Positions 56,795-64,000 of a DNA stretch of 64,000 nt are shown piece by piece; position 1 is the stretch's first letter; each line of letters begins with the position of its first letter. Under the pieces are notes generated by a model. That model ran no database searches and was not told the origin of the DNA. It worked only from the letters and a program-made list of their open reading frames with translations. The translations under genes and the position numbers were made by a program. Source of the stretch: Bacteroidales bacterium (lineage in GTDB: Bacteria > Bacteroidota > Bacteroidia > Bacteroidales > UBA932); contig JAFRPW010000027.1 in the NCBI GenBank assembly GCA_017428945.1, positions 7,202 to 71,201 of the forward strand, given 5' to 3'.

Positions 56795-59300
56795 TGACGA
56801 TGTACTCTATCCTTCCGCCGGCAGCCAAGGCTTTCAGAAAGCCCTTCAGCGTATCTGGTGTAATTGAATTGATGCTATCCTGATATTTTGATATATCCTT
56901 GCCGAATGCATACCTGGCCTCAAGGGCGTTTACCGCCCCGGCCGGAGAGGACATGAAAGCCCTGGTCCTTTCGAGATAGGTATCTTTCCATGCCTTGAGG
57001 TCTGCGGCCGCAACCGGCTTGTCGCTAATTTCACGTATTGCAGCGCGAACGGCCGTAATTGCCCTTTCAAGGTCCTGCGGGGTGTTTTCCGGAAGGCCGT
57101 CGGCACTTGCCGGCAAACACGAAATGAAGAAGCGGAAGCGCTCCTGGGGCAGCACCATGAGCGAGGCCTCCACCTCCGCAACGTATCCGTACGTGGCAAG
57201 GTGTTTGACAAGCGAAGTGCGAAGAGCCTCTGCCGCTATATCTCCCATGTAATAGCTTTGGGACGTGACGGAAAACTCCGTGTCCATCATTATGTAAAGG
57301 CCTTTGGCACCGCTCCCTTCCATGGTGCGGGTACCCACTATGGGCCTCAGGTCCACCTGGGGCCTCGCCAGGGAGCCGCGGTCCGTGTCAAAGCCTCCCA
57401 GATGCCTGAGCAGGAGCTTTTTAACCACGCCTTCATCCAGATCTCCGGCAAGGATGAGGATGCCGTCGTTCATGCGGGAGAAGCGGGTCTGGTAGTACTT
57501 ATCGGCCTTCCTGGCGGTGTCCTGGGTGAGTGCGCCGTCACGTTTTGCCGATTCCAGGGGGAAACCGGCGTCCAGAAGGAGGGAAAGCGTATTCTCCGTA
57601 GGGATGTCCCTGAGTTTCTGGCTGTGGGTATAGGCCTCGAAGGCTCCCCAGTTGAAGTTTCGGTCCTTTGCAACAGTTCCCAGGGACTTAAGCAGGAAGG
57701 AGAGCTTTCCGGAAGGGGCATCGCCGCTGAGGCTCATGCAGAACACGCCCACATCGGGCACCATGCTTATTCCCGCCGATGCCAGAATATCCCTGAAAGC
57801 GTAGCAGGAGAGGCCGCCCGCATCGTACAGGCTGAACATGTCGGCAATGTAACCGCCCTCTCCGGGGAGGAGGTCCTCTATGGTGGAAAGTCCTCCGTTC
57901 AGGACCAGGGACCAGGAGAACATCCCGCTGCCGGGTATCTGCTTGTAGGCAACCCTCATCCCGTTGGAGAAGGTCCAGAGCTTGCCGCCGGTCACGGGCT
58001 CCGTCTTCTCGCTGCGGATACGGGCCCTTGGAACGGTGCGCTCCATGCCCAGGGAGTCCCCGGAATGCCAGGAATAGTCTTTTCCGGACGATGCGATGGA
58101 CCCGTACAGGTAGGCCAGGTTATAGTAGAACAGGGCCTCGTCCCTGTCCAGGGAGTCCGCTCCTGTTATATACTTGAGACTCAGGTTTGTAAGCTGCTCC
58201 GCCAGGGCCGATGCAAACTGGTTGAACAACCTTCTCTGGGTGCTGTCCGGAACGTTCCTTCTGGCAAAGAGCGCGGCCTCTTCCGTGAAGGGACTCAGCG
58301 GCGCGCCATAAAGGAAGTGGGCTATGCAGCGGTCCGTATCCTCCTCGTTGGTGGGCATTCGGGCCGCTTTTCTGAGGAAATCCGGGATAAGTATGCGTTT
58401 GGCGTCAGAGAATTCCGCCAGGCCTGCTCCGAAAGAGTCAATCTCGCCGATTGTGGAGGACATGGTGCGCATTGCGGCATCGGTAAACTCCGGAGCGGTA
58501 TTGACGGAGACGCCGTAGCGCTCGTCACCGGCGGTTTCCGAGCTCCTGAGCGAAGAGAAACGGATCTCTCCGTACGGGATTCCTGCGTCCCTGAGATTGC
58601 GCTCCAGGCGGTGACCAAGTATGGTCTGGTACTCTTTGGCAAGGATGTTCGTAGCCAGCGTCTGCGGTGTATTCATAAGCTGCTGGGGTATCCTGGCCGA
58701 TGAATAAGAGACGCTTATCTCCACGTCCTTCTTGCCCGGAACCTCATTTACAACAACATACGGGGCCGGAGACGGCTCCCAGACATAATCCGGCGCATGG
58801 GCCTCCTTGACCAGGATCCTGGGAACCAGCATGGAGAAGATATCCATCTTCTTCTTAAGCTCCACAGGGTCTATGTCTCCGCACACTATTACCGCCTGCT
58901 CGCTGCGGGAAAGGGCCATCTGGCCAAAGGTATACAGAAGAGTGGAGTCCAGAACCGCCTGGTTCACGGTAGATACTTTCCTGTAGCGGAACACCGTGGA
59001 GCCGTCATAGTCCGACATATACCCTTCCGGACCGGGAGCAATGCCCATTCTGGAGAACAAGCCGGCATCCAGAGTGCGCCTGGCCTCATCAGAGGGGTCT
59101 TCCTCCCTTCGGATGACGGCTATGTCCGCGTAACCCTTTTCCGAAGTGTTGGTTACCATATAATATGTGGCACCGCAGCCCAGGGTCCCGCGCAGGATGC
59201 GTTTGTCTACGGGGAGAGTGGGGAGACCGGCTGCTGGCACGGTTATTGAACTAACCACGGCGGCCAGTAGGGAAAGGGCATATTTGGCAAAATTTGTCAT
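56787..59300 (-). CDS. M16 (insulinase/PqqL-like) peptidase homolog lacking the HxxEH motif
   Basis: LPVDKRILRGTLGCGATYY and GGKLWTFSNGMRVAYK echo the PqqL domain starts; no HxxEH anywhere in the translation. Confidence 0.7.
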   Translation of the reverse strand: MTNFAKYALSLLAAVVSSITVPAAGLPTLPVDKRILRGTLGCGATYYMVTNTSEKGYADIAVIRREEDPSDEARRTLDAGLFSRMGIAPGPEGYMSDYDGSTVFRYRKVSTVNQAVLDSTLLYTFGQMALSRSEQAVIVCGDIDPVELKKKMDIFSMLVPRILVKEAHAPDYVWEPSPAPYVVVNEVPGKKDVEISVSYSSARIPQQLMNTPQTLATNILAKEYQTILGHRLERNLRDAGIPYGEIRFSSLRSSETAGDERYGVSVNTAPEFTDAAMRTMSSTIGEIDSFGAGLAEFSDAKRILIPDFLRKAARMPTNEEDTDRCIAHFLYGAPLSPFTEEAALFARRNVPDSTQRRLFNQFASALAEQLTNLSLKYITGADSLDRDEALFYYNLAYLYGSIASSGKDYSWHSGDSLGMERTVPRARIRSEKTEPVTGGKLWTFSNGMRVAYKQIPGSGMFSWSLVLNGGLSTIEDLLPGEGGYIADMFSLYDAGGLSCYAFRDILASAGISMVPDVGVFCMSLSGDAPSGKLSFLLKSLGTVAKDRNFNWGAFEAYTHSQKLRDIPTENTLSLLLDAGFPLESAKRDGALTQDTARKADKYYQTRFSRMNDGILILAGDLDEGVVKKLLLRHLGGFDTDRGSLARPQVDLRPIVGTRTMEGSGAKGLYIMMDTEFSVTSQSYYMGDIAAEALRTSLVKHLATYGYVAEVEASLMVLPQERFRFFISCLPASADGLPENTPQDLERAITAVRAAIREISDKPVAAADLKAWKDTYLERTRAFMSSPAGAVNALEARYAFGKDISKYQDSINSITPDTLKGFLKALAAGGRIEYIVNE

Positions 59301-59383
59301 TGACTTGCTGCAAAAATACAACAATATTTGCTATTTTTGCAATTTGTGAACCAGAATATCTAACATAAAACTTATAGAAGAAG

Positions 59384-60310
59384 ATGAAAAGATTATTTGC
59401 AGCTATCGGAGCTCTCGCACTTGCCGCCACGGTGGCATCTGCACAGGACTACAACGCCGGTATCGAAACCTTCAACGCCGGCGCAACAGCACTTGAGACA
59501 AACAAGACGGAAGCCCTGAACGCCTTCATGAGCGCTCTCGCCCAGTTCCAGGCCTGCGAGGAAGCGGAAGCCGCAGAGATGGTGGCAAAGTGCAAGGAAG
59601 TAATCCCCAGCACCATCCTGTCCATCGCCAAGGAGCAGATCAACGGAGCAGAGTACGACACCGCAGTTGAAACCCTTGCCAAGGCAGAGGCCGTGGCAAA
59701 AGAATATGGCAACGAGGACGTAGCCGCTGAAGCAGCGGGCCTTGTTCCCAACGTTTTCATGCGCAAAGGTTCCTCACTCATCAAGGCAAAGGATTTCGCA
59801 AACGCCATCCCCGCCCTCAAGAAGGTAACCGAGCTCACTCCGGAAGACGGCCAGGCATACCTCCTCCTTGGCCAGGCCACAATGCAGACCGGAAACCTTG
59901 ACGGCGCCATCGAGGCCCTCAAGAAGGCCGCAGAGCTGGGTCAGGAAGCCAAGACAACCAAACTCATTGCCAACTGCTTCCTCAAGAAGGGACAGGGCTT
60001 GTTCAAGGCCGGCAAGAATGCAGAAGCAATCGCAGCCCTTGAAGAGTCCAACACCTATGTGGAGAGCGCCAACGCATACAAGCTCATTGCTGCCGCACAG
60101 ACCAAGAGCGGCAAGAGCGCAGACGCAATCAACACCTACAAGAAGTACCTGGAGGTAGATCCCAACGCAAAGGACGCCGTTGACGTGATGTTCACCATCG
60201 CCGCCACCGCCCAGAAGGCAGGAGACAAGGCCACCGCCAAGGAATACTACCAGAAGCTTGACGGCACCAAGTACGCAGAGCAGGCCAAGGCACAGCTCAA
60301 GACCCTGTAG
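59384..60310 (+). CDS. Secreted tetratricopeptide-repeat protein
   Basis: Signal peptide, Ala-rich helical repeats (AYLLLGQA..GNLDGAIEALKKA, AINTYKKYLEVDPNA). Confidence 0.8.
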   Translation: MKRLFAAIGALALAATVASAQDYNAGIETFNAGATALETNKTEALNAFMSALAQFQACEEAEAAEMVAKCKEVIPSTILSIAKEQINGAEYDTAVETLAKAEAVAKEYGNEDVAAEAAGLVPNVFMRKGSSLIKAKDFANAIPALKKVTELTPEDGQAYLLLGQATMQTGNLDGAIEALKKAAELGQEAKTTKLIANCFLKKGQGLFKAGKNAEAIAALEESNTYVESANAYKLIAAAQTKSGKSADAINTYKKYLEVDPNAKDAVDVMFTIAATAQKAGDKATAKEYYQKLDGTKYAEQAKAQLKTL

Positions 60311-60328
60311 GGCTCATTTTTCTGAGAC

Positions 60329-60428
60329 ATGTAAAAGGTTCGGTTTTTTGTGCCGAACCTTTTACGTTATATGGCCTGTAGTGCCGTTTTGTGTAAATGA
60401 TTCGGTCAAAAAAACCGAACCTTTACAT
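60329..60428. repeat. REP family B element, copy 2
   Basis: atgtaaaaggttcggt...accgaacctttacat; colinear with 17530-17628; sits between convergent genes. Confidence 0.88.
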
Positions 60429-60429
60429 T

Positions 60430-62217
60430 CTATGAGTCTTCTACGGTCATTTCACATGTGGCGCAGTGGAAGACAAGGCGGAAGCGGCGGCCGTTGTTCA
60501 CAAGGACGAGCGGTTCCGGCAGGGTGCCGGGCTTCTGCTTTGGGCACATGCCAAGCTGGTGACGGACGCAGTAGCGTGACCGCATCAGCTCAACGCCGCT
60601 GCGATGGGTGAGCTCGTATGCCTTCTCTATCTCCTTTGCGCCGCGGGAAGAATAGAGTTCCATATCCATGGAGTTTGCCGCATTTGCCTTATAAGAAAGC
60701 CGTGAAGGAGCGGTCACAGACATATCTGGAACTGTTTTACGAAGAGGAAGGGCATTCACCGGCATGGTATCAAGACGTTCCGCGATGTCCCTTCTGATGC
60801 CGTTCAGAAAAGCAGCAGTCATGAACGGAACCTTCTCTGCCTCAATGCCTTCAACAGCAAAACTGTACACGGAGCCGCGCTTTGAGAGCTGCTGCTGCAG
60901 TGTCTGAAGCATTCTTTCCGGGTCCCTGGCCATGTCTCGCGGGGCGTCCAGGCAAACACTTACCTCCCTTCCGTCCTGGCTCACTGCCTTTATCTCAATT
61001 GTGCCGGATATCTTCACCTCCAGTTTCACGGGTATTTCCCTTGACGGGGAGGATGCCTCCACCTGCTTTTCAAAAGCAACGTTGAGGTTGCGGTACAGTT
61101 TTACGCCAGGCACCAGGCCGTCAACTTTCTTGCAGTGAACGGCATACCCTTCGCAGACATCGGCCCTGAAACCGCCGCCGTCAAAGGTGAAGCCGTCGCC
61201 GTTGGAAAGGCGAATAGATGTGTTGGCGGGCTCCAGGACAAAGCCGTCCCTGGTAAGGCGCTGAACCCTGCCAACATACTCTCCGCCGCCTTCTGCAGCC
61301 CAGTTTCCTCGCCGGCCGTCAAGATACAGCTCAGTGTACCCGCGGTTGAATGTCTTGTCCAGATCCGGCACAAAGCCCCCGCGGACTCTCCCGAAAGAGC
61401 TGCGGCGGTATTCTCCGGGATGGGCCTCAACAAGTGAGTCAAGGGCATTGGAATATGCCCTGACGACGTTCCTGACATAGCTCTCTCCCTTAAGCCTGCC
61501 TTCTATCTTGAATGAACAGACGCCTGCCCGGGCAAGTTCTTCCACACGCCCTATGAGATTGTAATCCTTGAGTGAGAGAAGGGCCTTGTTACGGGCGATG
61601 ACCTTTCCGGAGCTGTCTTCCAGGCTGTACAGGCTTCTGCAGGCCTGAGCACATTCGCCGCGGTTGGCGCTGCGGCCGGTGAGACGCTCTGACAGATAGC
61701 ACTGGCCGCTGTAGCATACGCACAGGGCGCCGTGCACGAAGAATTCTATCTCTGCTTCAACGGCTTCGGAAACGGCCTTAACTTCCTGAAGGCTCATCTG
61801 CCTTTCCAGAACTATTCGCCCATAACCCAGGCTCTCTACAAACCTGGCTTTCTCAGGAGTGCACACGGCGCATTGGGTAGATGCATGAAGCGCCATTCCA
61901 AACCCCTCTGCCATGGAAATAACGGCCGGGTCCTGTACTATGAGAGCGTCTACCCCAGCCCCGGCCAAATTGCGGACAAGCTCACGGACAAGGGGCAGTT
62001 CTTCCTCATATATTATGGTATTGACTGTGGCATAGATCCTTACGCCGAAGCGATGTGCGTATTCGCACAGGCGGGCTATGTCCTCTATGGAATTGGATGC
62101 CGCAGCACGTGCCCCGAAACCGGGACCGGCGATATAAACGGCATCGGCACCGCAATCAATTGCTGCGATGCCGACGTCCGCTGTCTTTGCGGGTGCAAGG
62201 AGTTCCAGGGTTTTCAA
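60430..62217 (-). CDS. U32 family protein with C-terminal DUF3656-like extension (RlhA-like)
   Basis: LELLAPA, FGARAAA, HGALCVCYSGQCYLS, NRGECAQACR, FKIEGRLK. Confidence 0.85.
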   Translation of the reverse strand: MKTLELLAPAKTADVGIAAIDCGADAVYIAGPGFGARAAASNSIEDIARLCEYAHRFGVRIYATVNTIIYEEELPLVRELVRNLAGAGVDALIVQDPAVISMAEGFGMALHASTQCAVCTPEKARFVESLGYGRIVLERQMSLQEVKAVSEAVEAEIEFFVHGALCVCYSGQCYLSERLTGRSANRGECAQACRSLYSLEDSSGKVIARNKALLSLKDYNLIGRVEELARAGVCSFKIEGRLKGESYVRNVVRAYSNALDSLVEAHPGEYRRSSFGRVRGGFVPDLDKTFNRGYTELYLDGRRGNWAAEGGGEYVGRVQRLTRDGFVLEPANTSIRLSNGDGFTFDGGGFRADVCEGYAVHCKKVDGLVPGVKLYRNLNVAFEKQVEASSPSREIPVKLEVKISGTIEIKAVSQDGREVSVCLDAPRDMARDPERMLQTLQQQLSKRGSVYSFAVEGIEAEKVPFMTAAFLNGIRRDIAERLDTMPVNALPLRKTVPDMSVTAPSRLSYKANAANSMDMELYSSRGAKEIEKAYELTHRSGVELMRSRYCVRHQLGMCPKQKPGTLPEPLVLVNNGRRFRLVFHCATCEMTVEDS

Positions 62218-62219
62218 TG

Positions 62220-62714
62220 CTATCTCCCGCTATAAGAAGTGCTCTTGAATTCCTTTACCCAGACCTGGCGCTCAATGGGCTGGTCAAGGGAGATCATGGT
62301 ATCCGTGGACTGGATGTATGGGATCTTCTGGATGGTATTGAGGAGGACCTCCATGAGGTGGTCGTTGTCCAGGCAGAAGAGCTTGGCCAGGATGGCGTAG
62401 CGGCCGGTGATGAAATGGCACTCCACAATCTCCGGTATCTTTTTCAGGTTGGCAATTACCTCAGGATACTTGGTGGATTCCGACAGGGAGATGCTCATGA
62501 AGGCGCAGACGTTGAGTCCCAGGGCCTGGGGCTTGACAAGCAGACGGGAACCGGCTATGACGCCGTTTGCCTCGAGTCTCTTGATTCTCTGATGTATGGC
62601 TGCACCGGAAACGCCGCACTCGCGCGCTATCTCCAGGAAGGGCATTCTGGCATTCTTGACAAGAAAGGAAAGAATCTTCTGGTCTATCTCATCAATGTGG
62701 TAATTGCTTGACAT
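62220..62714 (-). CDS. Lrp/AsnC family transcriptional regulator
   Basis: IDEIDQKILSFL..NARMPFLEIARECGVSGAAIHQRIKRLEANGVI; IPEIVECHFITG. Confidence 0.93.
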   Translation of the reverse strand: MSSNYHIDEIDQKILSFLVKNARMPFLEIARECGVSGAAIHQRIKRLEANGVIAGSRLLVKPQALGLNVCAFMSISLSESTKYPEVIANLKKIPEIVECHFITGRYAILAKLFCLDNDHLMEVLLNTIQKIPYIQSTDTMISLDQPIERQVWVKEFKSTSYSGR

Positions 62715-62758
62715 AACTTACACTTTTCAACTGTTTCTGCAAAAATAGTAAAAAAAAC

Positions 62759-64000
62759 TTATTTCTTAATTTTTTTACGATATTTTCCAGTTGGCTGAGT
62801 ATTAGTTATTATGGCCTTGCAATCCGCTTCCGTGAGAGACCCGGCATCCGTACCCTTGGGTATCTTGAAATTGGAATCTCCCTGCTTGATGTACGGGCCG
62901 AACCTCCCGTTGAGCACACGTATGTCTCCAAACTCGGCAATTACCGCCTGCTGAGGCGTTTGTGCTGCCGTTTCACGTATCAGGGCGGCACATTCGTCAA
63001 GGGAGATGGAAAGGGGGTCTTTCCCGCGGGGAAGTTTCACATTTTTATCTCCGTACTTGAGATACGGCCCGAAACGGCCTTTGGTGGCTATTACATCCAC
63101 TCCCTCAAGCGTACCCACCTTCCTTGGAAGTTCCAGCAGGCGAAGTGCTTCCTCAAGGGTTAGCGACTCTATGAGCTGGTCTTTTCCAAGTGATGCACTC
63201 TGGCGGTTCTCCCCTTCCCCTTTCTGCACGTAGGCGCCGAACTTTCCGAAGGAGGCTATGACCTTCTCTCCGTCCGGAGCTATGCCTATCTCACGGCTCA
63301 CCTTGCTGTAGGTGCGGTCTGCCATGACCTCGTTCACATGGGCATGGAACGGGGTGTAGAACACCTCTATGGCCTTGTTCCAGGGCAGCTTGCCCTCCGC
63401 CACCTTGTCAAAGTCTTCCTCTACCGCCGCGGTAAAGCCGTACTCCAGGATGTCCGTGAAATTGTCCACAAGGTAGTCCGTGACCACAAGACCAAGTTCC
63501 TGGGGCAGAAGCTTTCCTTTCTCCGCTCCTACCACTTCTGTCTTTGACGATGTCTTTATGTTGCTCCCTGACAGGGAGAGGTTTGTCACCTTGTACTGGG
63601 TTCCGGGCTTGTCTCCCCTTGCAGCGTAACCGCGGGCCTGGGTAAGGGTACTCACGGTAGCGGCATATGTGGAAGGACGGCCTATCCCCAGCTCCTCCAT
63701 CTTCTTGACCAGCGTGGCCTCGCTGTAGCGCTGGGGCGGCTGGGTGAACTTGCACACGGCGTTCACAGTCTGGGCGTGCATCACGGTCCCTTCCGGAATC
63801 TCCGGCAGGATCACTTCCTCGGGAGCGGCGGAGTCATCGTCCCTTCCCTCCAGATATACCTTCATGAAGCCGTCGAAAAGTATTTCTACGGACTGGACGC
63901 CGTACTTCTCCGGACGATGGTCCTGGCCTATGCGGAGGGTGGTGTTCATGACCCGGCTCTCTTCCATCTGGGATGCCACCGTACGCTTCCAGATGAGCTC
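62759..64000 (-). CDS. topA: DNA topoisomerase I, C-terminal part (5' end outside the window)
   Basis: LIWKRTVASQM, PPQRYSEATLVKKMEELGIGRPSTYA, YGFTAAVEEDFD, three GRFGPY-type C-terminal repeats. Confidence 0.95.
   Translation of the reverse strand, partial: ELIWKRTVASQMEESRVMNTTLRIGQDHRPEKYGVQSVEILFDGFMKVYLEGRDDDSAAPEEVILPEIPEGTVMHAQTVNAVCKFTQPPQRYSEATLVKKMEELGIGRPSTYAATVSTLTQARGYAARGDKPGTQYKVTNLSLSGSNIKTSSKTEVVGAEKGKLLPQELGLVVTDYLVDNFTDILEYGFTAAVEEDFDKVAEGKLPWNKAIEVFYTPFHAHVNEVMADRTYSKVSREIGIAPDGEKVIASFGKFGAYVQKGEGENRQSASLGKDQLIESLTLEEALRLLELPRKVGTLEGVDVIATKGRFGPYLKYGDKNVKLPRGKDPLSISLDECAALIRETAAQTPQQAVIAEFGDIRVLNGRFGPYIKQGDSNFKIPKGTDAGSLTEADCKAIITNTQPTGKYRKKIKK

Noticed and set aside
1-64000. 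tRNA, rRNA, tmRNA, prophage, integrase or toxin-antitoxin genes
   Set aside because: None recognised. ssrA is not adjacent to smpB here; short RNAs could be missed without a covariance search.

Overview
A GC-rich Bacteroidales-type chromosomal window. The assignment rests on TAnnTTTG -7 promoter boxes just upstream of many starts and on Bacteroidetes-type lipoproteins and TonB-dependent receptors; the exact lineage cannot be determined from sequence alone. Most of it is housekeeping: pruA, recO, rdgB, rnr, metK, miaA, smpB, alaS, pyrH, hemW, partial topA, and several peptidases. The non-routine content is as follows. (1) An HUH/Y1 REP-associated tyrosine transposase-like gene (45311-46222) is flanked on both sides by a family of ~50-bp-period hairpin arrays ((G/A)TCCAC-N16/17-GTGGA(C/T)) that recurs at five intergenic sites, with a diverged variant near 1.1-1.2 kb. 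(2) A 79-bp inverted duplication gives two unrelated convergent genes the same REP hairpin, promoter and first four codons. (3) There are two further palindromic repeat types, one apparently inserted in-frame in a LptF/G-Fmt fusion protein. (4) A ~16-kb SusD-less locus has two TonB-dependent receptors, two nucleases and three OB-fold-like lipoproteins, consistent with extracellular DNA capture. (5) A radical SAM/SPASM enzyme is flanked by two paralogous lipoproteins sharing an EYGMPHA motif. (6) An ORF-track-missed Trp-Trp leader peptide and attenuator precede a stand-alone trpB2. All family assignments come from motif recognition by eye; no database searches were run.
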